Source of the DNA: an uncultured Pseudomonadales bacterium
Lineage (GTDB): Bacteria; Pseudomonadota; Gammaproteobacteria; Pseudomonadales; Azotimanducaceae
Direction: 5' to 3'
Assembly (NCBI GenBank): GCA_947258825.1
Contig: CAMYJX010000004.1
Coordinates: 18,122 to 82,121, forward strand
Length of the DNA: 64,000 nt
Part shown: piece by piece, positions 31,717 to 41,241 of the stretch
How positions within the stretch are numbered: the stretch's first letter is position 1
Layout of the letters: every line of letters starts with the position of its first letter
Notes under the pieces: model-generated
Databases searched by the model: none
What the model was told of the DNA's origin: nothing
Seen by the model: only the letters and a program-made list of their open reading frames with translations
Translations under genes and position numbers: made by a program

Positions 31717-31989
31717 ATGGCACGAATAACCGTAGAAGACTGCCTTGACCACGTCGACAACCGATTCGAGCTGGTGATGCTGGCGACGCGCCGCGCACGG
31801 CAGATGCGACGCTTCGGCTCCGATCCCCTCGTGCCCCTGGAGAACGACAAGGCGACCGTTCTGGCTCTGAGAGAGATCGCAGCGGGCCTCGTCTCTCATG
31901 AAACGCTTGACGAGCAGGAAGCGTCCACACAGGATGACGTCTTGGAAGTGTCCTTCGGCATAGGAGATGACGAACCCCGCGAGCTTTGA
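31717..31989 (+). CDS. rpoZ: DNA-directed RNA polymerase subunit omega
   Basis: [30 protein letters not shown]..., 90 aa. Confidence 0.93.
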   Translation: MARITVEDCLDHVDNRFELVMLATRRARQMRRFGSDPLVPLENDKATVLALREIAAGLVSHETLDEQEASTQDDVLEVSFGIGDDEPREL

Positions 31990-34276
31990 GGCGACCAAGG
32001 GCCCCTCAGAAGAGGTCCAGGGCACCGCTTCGCCCGATCCCACGTCCCGCAGCCGGAAAAGCCGCAAGCGCAAGAGCGCCAAACGCCCGCAGCAGCCGGA
32101 ATCCCATTTCGTCTCGCGACTTGCCGAAAACTCCAGGCTCCCCGAGAACGCTGCCCCCGTCACCATCGACGGCCTCTGCGCTCGCCTGTCCGAATACCTG
32201 CAGCCCGAGCAGATCGCGCTGGTTCGCGCCGCCTACGATCACGCAGCCGAGGCCCACCAGCACCAGTGGCGACGCACAGGACACCCCTATGTCACCCATC
32301 CGCTAGCAGTAGCGAACATCCTGGCCGGGATGCGCATGGACCACGAGACCGTCATGGCGGCACTGTTGCACGACGTCATCGAGGATACCGGCGTAGGCAA
32401 GTCGGTTCTGGGCGCGCGCTATGGGGAGTCTGTGGCACAGATCGTCGACGGCGTTTCGAAGTTATCCACCATCTTTCGAAGCCGGGCGGAGGCTCAGGCA
32501 GAGAACTTTCAGAAAATGGCCATGGCGATGGCCAAGGATATCCGGGTAATCATGGTGAAGCTGGCAGACCGGCTGCACAACATGAGAACCATCGGGGTGA
32601 TGTCCAACGATCAGCGCAAACGTATCGCCCGGGAAACCCTGGATTTTTACGCGCCCATCGCCAACCGCCTGGGCATTCACCACATCAAAGTCGAGTTCGA
32701 GGAGCTGGGCTTCCGCGCCCTCTACCCGCTGCGGGCGGATCGCATAGAACGGGCGGTGAAAGCGGCCCGGGGCAATCGCAAAGAGCTGATGGACGAACTG
32801 AGCAAATCTCTCACCGACGCCCTGCGGCAGGAAGGCATAGAGGCTGAAGTACAGGGACGGGAAAAGCACCTTTACTCCATCTACCGGAAGATGCGCACGC
32901 AGCACAAATCTTTCTCCGAGATCATGGACGTTTTCGGATTCAGGGTCGTGGTGCCGGGCGTCGACCAATGCTACAGGGCGCTCGGGGTCGTACACAATCT
33001 ATACAAGCCGGTAGCGGGCCGGTTCAAAGACTACATCGCGATTCCGAAGGTGAACGGTTACCAGTCTCTGCACACCACCCTTTTCGGCATGCACGGCGTC
33101 CCCATCGAGGTGCAGATCAGAACGCCGCAAATGGATGCCGTTGCAGAAAACGGCATTGCCGGTCACTGGCTGTACAAGTCGGCCGAAGATGCCTTTCAGG
33201 GCAGCCAGCAGCGCGCCCGCCAGTGGGTTCGCGACCTCCTCGACCTGCAGCAGCGCGCCGGCAACCCGATGGAATTCATCGAAAGCCTGAAGATCGATCT
33301 GTTTCCCGACGAGGTTTACGTCTTCACGCCCAAAGGCGACATTCTGGAGTTACCCAGGTCCGCTTCACCGGTCGATTTCGCCTATGCCGTGCATACGGAT
33401 ATCGGTAACCGCTGCGTTGCCTGCCGCATCGATCGCCATCTAGCGCCCCTGTCGCAGCAGCTGCAGAGCGGGCAGAACGTCGAGATCATCACCGCCCCCG
33501 AAGCCCGGCCCAACCCCGACTGGCTGACCTTCGTGGTATCGAGCAAGGCTCGATCGGGCATCCGCCAGGCGCTGAAGGTTCAACAGGAGGTAGACTCCGT
33601 AGCCTTCGGACGACGGCTGCTCAACCGCTCACTGGCGAGCGCCAACAAAAGCATCAACGATCTCGACTTTCGGCGGCTGCGCCGGGTTTTCAAAGACTTC
33701 GGCGTTCGACGCCTGAACGAGCTTCTTGCCGCCATCGGCAACGGCGAGCTGATGGCCTACGTGGTCGCCCAGCAGCTGCTGGCTGCGGATGATCCGGATT
33801 TCCAGGGTATAACGGTAGATAGCATCGGTCCTGTGGCAATTCGCGGCGGAGAAGGCCTGGTGGTCAACTACGGACGCTGCTGCGGGCCCATTCCGGGCGA
33901 TCCCATCGTCGGCCACATGACGCCCGGCCGGGGCTTCGTCGTGCACGTGGAAACCTGCCGCAACATGGTGGAAATCCGCCGCCGTCAAAGCGGTCGGGAT
34001 ATTATCCCCGCGCATTGGGCCGCCAAGACTTCGGCAGAGTTCCTAACCGCGTTGAGAATTCAGGTGCAACGCAAGAAAGGCGTAATCGCAGATATTGCTG
34101 CGTCCGTTGCCGAAGCAGACGCCGGGGTCGAGAACATCAGCGTCGAAGAGCGCAACGCCGAGGTTACCAGCGTGAGCCTGACGGTATCGGTGAGAAACCG
34201 GACCCATCTCGCGGCCGTGATGCGGCGCATCCGCGTCACCGGCGGGATCATCAGCATCAATCGGGTAAGCGCCTGA
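31967..34276 (+). CDS. spoT: Bifunctional (p)ppGpp synthetase/hydrolase SpoT with a basic N-terminal extension
   Basis: HD domain: [22 protein letters not shown]...LLHDVIEDT. Synthetase domain: [10 protein letters not shown]...DVFGFRVVV...[21 protein letters not shown] and ACT regions are present. The only conventional in-frame start upstream of the conserved core is ATG 31967, which overlaps rpoZ by 23 nt. Confidence 0.88.
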   Translation: MTNPASFEATKGPSEEVQGTASPDPTSRSRKSRKRKSAKRPQQPESHFVSRLAENSRLPENAAPVTIDGLCARLSEYLQPEQIALVRAAYDHAAEAHQHQWRRTGHPYVTHPLAVANILAGMRMDHETVMAALLHDVIEDTGVGKSVLGARYGESVAQIVDGVSKLSTIFRSRAEAQAENFQKMAMAMAKDIRVIMVKLADRLHNMRTIGVMSNDQRKRIARETLDFYAPIANRLGIHHIKVEFEELGFRALYPLRADRIERAVKAARGNRKELMDELSKSLTDALRQEGIEAEVQGREKHLYSIYRKMRTQHKSFSEIMDVFGFRVVVPGVDQCYRALGVVHNLYKPVAGRFKDYIAIPKVNGYQSLHTTLFGMHGVPIEVQIRTPQMDAVAENGIAGHWLYKSAEDAFQGSQQRARQWVRDLLDLQQRAGNPMEFIESLKIDLFPDEVYVFTPKGDILELPRSASPVDFAYAVHTDIGNRCVACRIDRHLAPLSQQLQSGQNVEIITAPEARPNPDWLTFVVSSKARSGIRQALKVQQEVDSVAFGRRLLNRSLASANKSINDLDFRRLRRVFKDFGVRRLNELLAAIGNGELMAYVVAQQLLAADDPDFQGITVDSIGPVAIRGGEGLVVNYGRCCGPIPGDPIVGHMTPGRGFVVHVETCRNMVEIRRRQSGRDIIPAHWAAKTSAEFLTALRIQVQRKKGVIADIAASVAEADAGVENISVEERNAEVTSVSLTVSVRNRTHLAAVMRRIRVTGGIISINRVSA

Positions 34277-34285
34277 CGGAGCGGC

Positions 34286-34759
34286 ATGAGCCAGGATCGC
34301 AAACCCACCAACAGACGCAGCGTAAGCACCGCCGAGGCCCCCGCCGCCATCGGACCCTACTCCCAGGCGGTGGCGGTCGGCGACCTGGTGTTTCTGTCGG
34401 GACAGATCCCCTTGGAGCCCCAATCCATGACGCTCGTCCCCGGCGATGTAGAAGATCAGGCCCGCCAGGTTTTCCGTAACCTGGAAGCGGTGGCAGAGGC
34501 CGCCGGCGGCGGTTTTGATAACATTGTGAAGCTCACTGTATATCTGAAGAATCTTGACGATTTCCAGACCGTCAACGGCGTCATGGAGGAGTTTTTCTCG
34601 CCGCCGTTCCCTGCCAGAGCCGCGCTGGGCGTAGCGGATCTGCCGCGGGGAGCGGATGTCGAGGTGGAAGGAATCATGCACCTTTCGGAGCCAGAGGCCG
34701 AAACTGGCGGTCCCGACGAGCAGGCGGCGAGAGGCTCGAGAAACAGCGGGGCGGAGTGA
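34286..34759 (+). CDS. ridA: RidA/YjgF-family reactive-intermediate deaminase with an acidic C-terminal tail
   Basis: APAAIGPYSQAVAVGDLVFLSGQIPL...VKLTVYLKNLDDFQTVNGVMEEFF...PARAALGVADLPRGADVEVEGI. About 30 further residues run into the recG start. Confidence 0.85.
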   Translation: MSQDRKPTNRRSVSTAEAPAAIGPYSQAVAVGDLVFLSGQIPLEPQSMTLVPGDVEDQARQVFRNLEAVAEAAGGGFDNIVKLTVYLKNLDDFQTVNGVMEEFFSPPFPARAALGVADLPRGADVEVEGIMHLSEPEAETGGPDEQAARGSRNSGAE

Positions 34760-36774
34760 CCGCAGGAGCGACCGAGGCCGACCTGCCAGTCACCACCCTG
34801 AAAGGCGTTGGCCCCAGCCTGAAAGCCACCCTCGAGCGGATCGGCATCTTTCGTACCTCGGATCTGTTGCTCCACCTCCCCACCCGCTACCAGAACCGCA
34901 GTCGCGTGACGGCGCTTGGCCGGATCGAGGCAGAAAAGGAGTGTCTGGTTCGCGGGCGGGTAGTCGCAACCAAGGTCTTTTTCGGGCGCCGGCGCAGCCT
35001 GCTGGTCACCCTCGAGGATGGGTCCGGTTATCTGGGGCTGAGATTCTTTCATTTTTCCCGACGCCAGCAGGCAGGATTGCAGACCGGCACGCAGGTACAG
35101 GCCTTCGGCGAGGTGCGCTTTGGACCCAGCGGCCTGGAAATGATCCATCCGGAGTACCGAGCCTTCGATTCACAGCCGCCACCCCTGGAGGCCGGTCTGA
35201 CGCCCATCTATCCGACCACCAAAGGCCTAGGCCAGAACCGGCTGCGCTCGCTGACGGCCCAGCTCGAAAAGCTGCCGTGGAAAACCGCCGAGGGAACCCC
35301 GTACACGGATCTGCTGCTTCTGCACAAACCACCTGCCGATATGACCCCGGTGGAGATCGAAACCGTCCAGGAGCGCCTCGCCGCCGACGAGCTCACCGCC
35401 TACTACCTCATCATGCGAGGCAGGCAGCTTGAGCGACAGCGCCAGAAAACCATCCCGCTGCCCAGATCCCAGCAGCTGGGACGCCAGTTGCTCAACAACC
35501 TCGGCTTCCAACTGACCGCCGCACAACGACGCGTTGTGCGGGAGGTACTCGAGGATCTGGAAACGGAACGACCGATGCTGAGGCTGGTGCAGGGCGACGT
35601 TGGATCAGGGAAAACCGTCGTAGCGGCCTTCGCCGCCGTTCGTGCTGCGGAACACGCCACCCAGACGGGGATAATGGCGCCCACAGAGATCCTGGCCGAG
35701 CAACACTACATCAATTTCAGCCGCTGGCTGAGCCCGCTGGGCATCTCCGTGGTGCTTCTCACCGGGAGCCAGCCCAGCAGGGAACGCCGAGAGGTGATCG
35801 AAAAGATCAGCAACGGCGAGGCGCTGGTCGCGGTAGGGACCCATGCCCTGTTCCAAAAGAGCGTCACTTTTTCAAAGTTAGCGCTTACTATCATTGATGA
35901 GCAGCACCGATTCGGTGTCCACCAACGCATGGCGCTGCGTAACAAAGGGGTCGTACCTCACCAGCTGGTGATGACCGCCACGCCCATACCCCGCACGCTT
36001 ACCATGGCCCTTTACGCCGACATGGCAGTCTCGGTGATCGACGAGTTGCCGAGCGGCCGCCGGGCTATCGATACCCGGGTGATTGCCGACGGCCGTCGCA
36101 ACGACGTGGTCGCCAGGCTGGGTGAGTCGCTCGACCGTGGCGGACAGGCCTACTGGGTATGCCCTCTGATTGAAAACTCTGAGCACCTGGATCTGGCCGA
36201 TGCGGAGTCCACCGCTGCGGCCCTGGCAAAAGCGCTGCCGGAACACCGGGTGGGCCTGCTGCACGGCCGGATGCGCGGCGCAGAGAAGGCCGAAGTCATG
36301 CAATCGTTCAGCGGCGGCGAGCTGGACGTGCTGGTTGCAACCACGGTGATCGAGGTGGGCGTGGACGTCCCCAATGCCAACCTGATGATCATCGAAAACC
36401 CCGAGCGTATGGGGCTTGCCCAGCTTCACCAGCTTCGGGGCAGAGTGGGCCGCGGCTCAGCACAATCCAGCTGCATTCTGCTTTACAAATCCCCGCTGGG
36501 TGCAGATGCCAAAGCAAGGCTGCAGGTCATTCGAGACAGTCAAGACGGTTTCCACATTGCCGAGCAGGATCTGAAGCTCCGCGGGGGCGGAGAGCTGCTG
36601 GGAACCCGACAGACCGGTGAACAGGGCTTCCGGCTGGCAGACCTGGGGAAGCACGCGCACCTGATACCGGAAGCTGTCGCCAGGGGCGATGAAATGCTGC
36701 GATCAGCGCCCGAATCGGTGCCAGCGCTACTGGACGCCTGGGCGCCGGCGGACACAGGTCACATTTCCGTATAA
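34756..36774 (+). CDS. recG: ATP-dependent DNA helicase RecG
   Basis: The GTG start overlaps the ridA stop. There is a wedge-domain N-terminus, then the helicase motifs LVQGDVGSGKTVVA, IIDEQHRFGV, ATPIPRTL and QLHQLRGRVGRG. Confidence 0.93.
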   Translation: MTAGATEADLPVTTLKGVGPSLKATLERIGIFRTSDLLLHLPTRYQNRSRVTALGRIEAEKECLVRGRVVATKVFFGRRRSLLVTLEDGSGYLGLRFFHFSRRQQAGLQTGTQVQAFGEVRFGPSGLEMIHPEYRAFDSQPPPLEAGLTPIYPTTKGLGQNRLRSLTAQLEKLPWKTAEGTPYTDLLLLHKPPADMTPVEIETVQERLAADELTAYYLIMRGRQLERQRQKTIPLPRSQQLGRQLLNNLGFQLTAAQRRVVREVLEDLETERPMLRLVQGDVGSGKTVVAAFAAVRAAEHATQTGIMAPTEILAEQHYINFSRWLSPLGISVVLLTGSQPSRERREVIEKISNGEALVAVGTHALFQKSVTFSKLALTIIDEQHRFGVHQRMALRNKGVVPHQLVMTATPIPRTLTMALYADMAVSVIDELPSGRRAIDTRVIADGRRNDVVARLGESLDRGGQAYWVCPLIENSEHLDLADAESTAAALAKALPEHRVGLLHGRMRGAEKAEVMQSFSGGELDVLVATTVIEVGVDVPNANLMIIENPERMGLAQLHQLRGRVGRGSAQSSCILLYKSPLGADAKARLQVIRDSQDGFHIAEQDLKLRGGGELLGTRQTGEQGFRLADLGKHAHLIPEAVARGDEMLRSAPESVPALLDAWAPADTGHISV

Positions 36775-36850
36775 TTGCGGCCCCCGAACCTACAGTTACG
36801 GCGACAGGGGCCTCTATACTTCAGACAAGCCCACAACAGCTGAATTTGTC

Positions 36851-38185
36851 ATGGCCGCCACCGAAAACGCCAATCCTCGATCCGGCAGCGCTCTGCAGCT
36901 GGAGCCCTACCCGAACCCGCCCGCAGACGCCCGATTGCGGGCCATCATCATGGCCGATGATCTGGGCGAGGTGCAGGTCATCGCTCCCGAACGGGCAATG
37001 CTGGACGTGGAAGCGATCCGGACAGCGACGGGCAGGCAGCTGCGTGCCAGGGCCTACGAGCAAGACTCGCCGACTTCGGCAGTGCCCGGGATCTATGACC
37101 TTCCGGTGATTCTCGAAGAGAGCCTGACGGGCGCAGGTAAGTTAGCGCTCGCTACCGAGGAGGTCGCCAGATACGTGAGCGCATCCGGCAGCGCGCTGGT
37201 GTCCAGCTGCTATGAAATCCAGACCGCGGCCATCAGTCATCCGGTATCGTCCGAGCCAACGTCCACCGATCGCTGCGGGGACATGGCCCAGATCGGCGAA
37301 ACGCTTTCTCGCTTTACCGCCAAGCGCATGCAGGAGCGACTGGATCAGACGCTGCACATACCGCCGCTGCCGGAAGCAGCCAACCGGATCGTCGCGCTGC
37401 AGGCGGATCCCAACTACGACCTTGCCGACCTGGTGCAGATCATAGAGACAGACCCGAGCATCGCTTCCCGCATCATGGGCTGGGCAAATTCCGCGTTCTA
37501 CAACCCGGATCCGAAAGCGAAATCTCTGCAAGATGCGGTGATGCGGGTACTGGGTTTCGATACGGTGATGAGCATGGCCCTGGGCATGGCCCTCGGGCAA
37601 ACGCTTCGCCTGCCAAGCGAGGAAGTGCGCGGCCTGCCGTCTTTCTGGCTGGACGCCATATTTGCAGCGGCAACCATGGAGGCCCTGGCCAGACGGATAC
37701 CGAAGGAGGGCCGTCCTGAGGCCGGATTATGCTATCTGGCTGGCCTGCTTTCGAATTTCGGAACGCTGGTGGTCGGTCACGTTTTTCCGCATCAGCACGC
37801 CCAGCTTTGCCTGCTGCAGGAAGCCAATCGCCACCTGCCCCACAGCCATATGGATCAGCACGTGCTGCAGCTGCCAAGGGAAATCATCGCCAGTGCGCTG
37901 CTCGAAGCCTGGAGCCTGCCGGAGCCGGTTACCGACGCGGTTCGTTTCCAGAACCTCGACGACTATCAGGGCGCGAATCGAACCTACGTGTTGCTGCTGC
38001 GCCTGAGCAGACAGCTGCTGGGCAACCATGGAATAACGGACGTACCGGCAATGGCGGCCGAAGAGCTGGATCTGAACACGCTGGGCTTGGATGAGAACGC
38101 GGTCGATCACGTGATGCGGCTGGTCAACGCGTCAAAGGACGAGCTGGACGGCTTTGCCAGCATGCTCGGTCGGGAAACGGCCTGA
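36851..38185 (+). CDS. SadB-like protein: YbaK-like N-terminal region plus C-terminal HDOD domain
   Basis: The ATG at 36851 gives 444 aa. The C-terminal half has the HDOD pattern (LHIPPLPEAANRIVALQADPNYDLADLVQIIETDPSIASRIMGWANSAFY...LQDAVMRVLGFDTV). It lies directly after recG, as sadB (PA5346) does in P. aeruginosa. Confidence 0.7.
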   Translation: MAATENANPRSGSALQLEPYPNPPADARLRAIIMADDLGEVQVIAPERAMLDVEAIRTATGRQLRARAYEQDSPTSAVPGIYDLPVILEESLTGAGKLALATEEVARYVSASGSALVSSCYEIQTAAISHPVSSEPTSTDRCGDMAQIGETLSRFTAKRMQERLDQTLHIPPLPEAANRIVALQADPNYDLADLVQIIETDPSIASRIMGWANSAFYNPDPKAKSLQDAVMRVLGFDTVMSMALGMALGQTLRLPSEEVRGLPSFWLDAIFAAATMEALARRIPKEGRPEAGLCYLAGLLSNFGTLVVGHVFPHQHAQLCLLQEANRHLPHSHMDQHVLQLPREIIASALLEAWSLPEPVTDAVRFQNLDDYQGANRTYVLLLRLSRQLLGNHGITDVPAMAAEELDLNTLGLDENAVDHVMRLVNASKDELDGFASMLGRETA

Positions 38186-38210
38186 GGCCGGTCTCCGACC
38201 AGAGTCTGGA

Positions 38211-39485
38211 TCAACCCCGGAGCGGCACCACCCGCCCGGCTTCCGGATTCTCAAACACTTCCATGTCCAGGTCGCCTTCACTCCGGGCTACGATGGTCGC
38301 CACAGAGCCATCGCCAGTGACGTTTACCGCGGTGCGAAGCATGTCGAGCAACCGATCGACGCCGATGATGAGCATGATGCCTTCCACGGGCAAACCCACC
38401 TGAGTAAGCACCATCGTCAGCATGATCAAGCCAACGCCAGGGACGCCAGCGGTGCCAATGGAGGCCAGCGTTGCCGTTAGAATCACCATCAGATAGTCCC
38501 CCAGCGCCAGATCGACGCCGTAGAACTGAGCAATGAACACCGTCGCCACCCCCTGCATGATGGCGGTTCCGTCCATATTGATGGTCGCCCCAAGGGGGAC
38601 GGCGAAGGCCGCCACCTCGTTTTTGACGCCGACCCTCTGCTCCACCGTCCGCAGGGTTACAGGCAGGGTGGCCCCGCTGGAAGCCGTGCTGAATGCCACC
38701 AGCATGGGTTCGCGCATCTTGCGCAGGAACGTCAGCGGGTTGACCCGGGCCAGCAGCATCAGCAGCAGCGGATAGACCAGCGTCATCTGCAGCACCAGGG
38801 CCACCACCACCGTCATAAAATAAGAAAGCAGCTTGAGGATCTCTTCCCAACCCTGGGTGGCAAACAGCCGGGTCATGAGGCAGAAAACCCCATAGGGGGC
38901 CAGCTTGATGAGCAGCGTGATCAGCCGCATCAACACCTCGTTCACGTCCTCGAACCAGCCCATGATCCGGGCTCCAGCCTCACCCGCATGACTGATGGCG
39001 ATGCCCAGCAGCAGCGCGAATACGATGATCTGCAGCATGTTGCCATCGGCCATGGCGGCCACTGGATTGGTGGGGAAAATGCCGACCAACGTATCTTTGA
39101 TGCTCATCGGGGGCCCGGGATCGAAGGTCACGTCCGTAGGTGGGGGCTCCCCCCCCTCGCCGGGGCTGACCAGCAGCGCCAGGACCAGCGCGATGGTAAT
39201 GGCGATGGCGGTGGTCAGCAGGTAGAGGCCCACCGCCTTGCCTCCAACGCGGCCCATGCTGCCGGTATCCCCGAGGTTGGCCGCACCGCAGATCAGCGAT
39301 ACCAGCACCAGCGGCACCACCATCAGCTTCAGGCTGGCAATGAAAATCTGCCCGCCCGCGTCGATCAGCCCGTCAACCAGGAAACTTCGCAACCAGTGGG
39401 TTTCCGGGACGCCCGTTTGCTGGACAGCAACACCGAGGACGAGACCGGCTGCCATGCCGATGAGGATGCGTGCGGTCAGGTTCAT
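38211..39485 (-). CDS. Dicarboxylate/amino acid:cation symporter (DAACS, GltP-like)
   Basis: 424 aa and polytopic. Family motifs: LKLMVVPLVLVSLI, SSGATLPVT, GATINMDGTAI, ASIGTAGVPG, DRLLDMLRTAVNVTGD. Confidence 0.85.
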   Translation of the reverse strand: MNLTARILIGMAAGLVLGVAVQQTGVPETHWLRSFLVDGLIDAGGQIFIASLKLMVVPLVLVSLICGAANLGDTGSMGRVGGKAVGLYLLTTAIAITIALVLALLVSPGEGGEPPPTDVTFDPGPPMSIKDTLVGIFPTNPVAAMADGNMLQIIVFALLLGIAISHAGEAGARIMGWFEDVNEVLMRLITLLIKLAPYGVFCLMTRLFATQGWEEILKLLSYFMTVVVALVLQMTLVYPLLLMLLARVNPLTFLRKMREPMLVAFSTASSGATLPVTLRTVEQRVGVKNEVAAFAVPLGATINMDGTAIMQGVATVFIAQFYGVDLALGDYLMVILTATLASIGTAGVPGVGLIMLTMVLTQVGLPVEGIMLIIGVDRLLDMLRTAVNVTGDGSVATIVARSEGDLDMEVFENPEAGRVVPLRG

Positions 39486-39528
39486 TTCGTGCGCCTCGTC
39501 CCGGGCCGTCGACGACGGCGGAAGAATG

Positions 39529-39696
39529 CTAGCCTACTTCGATCATCTCGAAGTCTTCTTTACTGACGCCACATTCAGGACAGACGAAATCTTCCGGAAC
39601 GTCCTCCCAGCGGGTTCCGGACGCGATGCCCTCCTCTTCGTATCCTTCGGCCTCGTCGTAAATCCAGCCGCATACGATGCATTGCCACTTACGCAT
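39529..39696 (-). CDS. Rubredoxin
   Basis: Absent from the ORF track (55 aa). My translation is MRKWQCIVCGWIYDEAEGYEEEGIASGTRWEDVPEDFVCPECGVSKEDFEMIEVG. Both CxxCG iron-binding knuckles are present (CIVCG, CPECG). Confidence 0.85.
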   Translation of the reverse strand: MRKWQCIVCGWIYDEAEGYEEEGIASGTRWEDVPEDFVCPECGVSKEDFEMIEVG

Positions 39697-39847
39697 TGGT
39701 CGTTTGCCCCACAGGGTCGTTGCACAAGGCGCGATAAGCTACTTGTGAAGTCAGCAAAAATCAACGCGGGGTGCGATCCGAAACACAGATTGCCACGCTA
39801 GTCTGACCCCGCCTATGAGGCTAAACTGCCTCGCGACCGGCAACAAC

Positions 39848-40732
39848 ATGACACATACGCTCACCCTTACACTGCAACCCTATCTGCAGCTCATGCGCCT
39901 CGACCGGCCTGTGGGCACGCTGCTGTTGCTATGGCCGACCCTGGCAGCTCTGTGGCTGGCTGCCGACGGGCTTCCACCCTGGTATCTGGTGTTGATTTTC
40001 ACCCTGGGCACCTTCCTGATGCGCTCCGCCGGCTGCGTGATCAACGATTTCGCCGATCGCGACTGGGACAGACACGTGGAGCGAACGGCCGAGCGTCCGC
40101 TGACCAGCGGACGGGTTTCACAACATCAGGCGATGCTGCTGTTCGCTGGCCTCAGCCTGACGGCGGCGTTACTGCTTCTATTTCTCAACCCGCTGGCCCG
40201 CTGGCTGGCGCTGGCTGGTTTCGCCATCGCCGTGCTGTATCCATTCCTGAAACGCTGGACCTACCTTCCGCAGGTCGGACTGGGTGCCGCCTTCAGCTGG
40301 GGGCTGATCATGGCGTACGCCAGCGTCCAGGGCCGGGTCCCCCCGGAAGCCTGGCTGCTGTTTCTTGCCAGCCTGCTCTGGATCGTGGCCTACGACACGC
40401 TCTACGCCATGGTGGACCGGGAAGACGACCTGCAGGTGGGGATAAAATCCACGGCGATTCTGTTCGGTTCGGCAGACCGGCTCATGGTGGGCGTGCTGCA
40501 GCTTTCGGCAATTATCACGCTGCTGCTGCTGGGCCAGCGTCTGGGTCTGGGCGGATTCTACTATCTTGGAATTCTGTCCTGCCTCGGCCTGTTTGCCTAC
40601 CAGCAGTATCTGATCCGTCAACGCAAGCCGGACGCCTGCTTCAAAGCTTTCCTGAACAACGTCTGGGTTGGCTTTTCCCTGTTTGCCGGGGTGGTTCTGG
40701 ACACCATGCTCCAGTTTCAGCTGCAACCATGA
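39848..40732 (+). CDS. ubiA: 4-hydroxybenzoate polyprenyltransferase
   Basis: The ATG at 39848 gives MTHTLTLTLQPYLQLMRLDRPVGTLLLLWPTL...SAGCVINDFADRDWDRHVERTAERPL (NDxxDxxxD motif)...YDTLYAMVDREDD. 294 aa. Confidence 0.92.
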   Translation: MTHTLTLTLQPYLQLMRLDRPVGTLLLLWPTLAALWLAADGLPPWYLVLIFTLGTFLMRSAGCVINDFADRDWDRHVERTAERPLTSGRVSQHQAMLLFAGLSLTAALLLLFLNPLARWLALAGFAIAVLYPFLKRWTYLPQVGLGAAFSWGLIMAYASVQGRVPPEAWLLFLASLLWIVAYDTLYAMVDREDDLQVGIKSTAILFGSADRLMVGVLQLSAIITLLLLGQRLGLGGFYYLGILSCLGLFAYQQYLIRQRKPDACFKAFLNNVWVGFSLFAGVVLDTMLQFQLQP

Positions 40733-41241
40733 GCGCGGCCGCGAGGCTGAACGAGCGTATCGACACATTCATCGAGGGTCTCGGCCGCGGAATCGCCTGG
40801 CTGATGCTGGCCATGGTGCTGATAACGCTGCTGATCGTGACCCTGCGCTACGCGCTGGATCAGGGCGCAATCATGCTGCAGGAGTCGGTCATGTATCTGC
40901 ATGGCCTGGCCTTCATGCTGGGCATTCCATACGCGCTCAAAGTAGACGCTCACGTTCGCGTCGATATCGTCTACGCCAGGCTGAAGCCGGAAGGGAAAGC
41001 GGCCATCAACCTGGCCGGCCACCTGCTTTTCCTGATACCGCTCAGCCTTTTCATCCTGGTATACAGCTGGGACTACGTAGCCAGCGCCTGGCGCGTTGTG
41101 GAAGGCTCCGCGGAGGTCGGCGGTCTGCCCGCGGTGTTCCTGCTCAAGAGCCTGATTCCGGCCATGGCCACGCTGCTGCTATTGCAGGGAATTGCGGAGA
41201 TTCTGCGCTGCCTGCTGGTGCTGACGGGGCGACGTGGCTGA
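40729..41241 (+). CDS. TRAP transporter small permease (DctQ-like; FcbT2/COG4665-like)
   Basis: ATGA overlap with ubiA. The protein is 170 aa with four hydrophobic helices (IAWLMLAMVLITLLIV, LHGLAFMLGIPYAL, LAGHLLFLIPLSLFIL, LIPAMATLLLLQGI) and lies directly upstream of the large permease. Confidence 0.8.
   Translation: MSAAARLNERIDTFIEGLGRGIAWLMLAMVLITLLIVTLRYALDQGAIMLQESVMYLHGLAFMLGIPYALKVDAHVRVDIVYARLKPEGKAAINLAGHLLFLIPLSLFILVYSWDYVASAWRVVEGSAEVGGLPAVFLLKSLIPAMATLLLLQGIAEILRCLLVLTGRRG

Noticed and set aside
33944-33954. CACGTGGAAAC, which resembles the right half of a parS site; other CACGTG palindromes occur at 10396, 26874 and 38109
   Set aside because: The left half does not match TGTTNCA, and the site is inside spoT coding sequence. 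None of the CACGTG occurrences has the full 16-bp palindrome.
39931-41241. 436-aa ORF-track entry spanning ubiA and the TRAP small permease
   Set aside because: Its first two thirds are an alternative frame of ubiA (Arg/Gly/Pro-rich, no motifs). Only the last 170 codons, from ATG 40729, form a credible four-helix DctQ-like protein.
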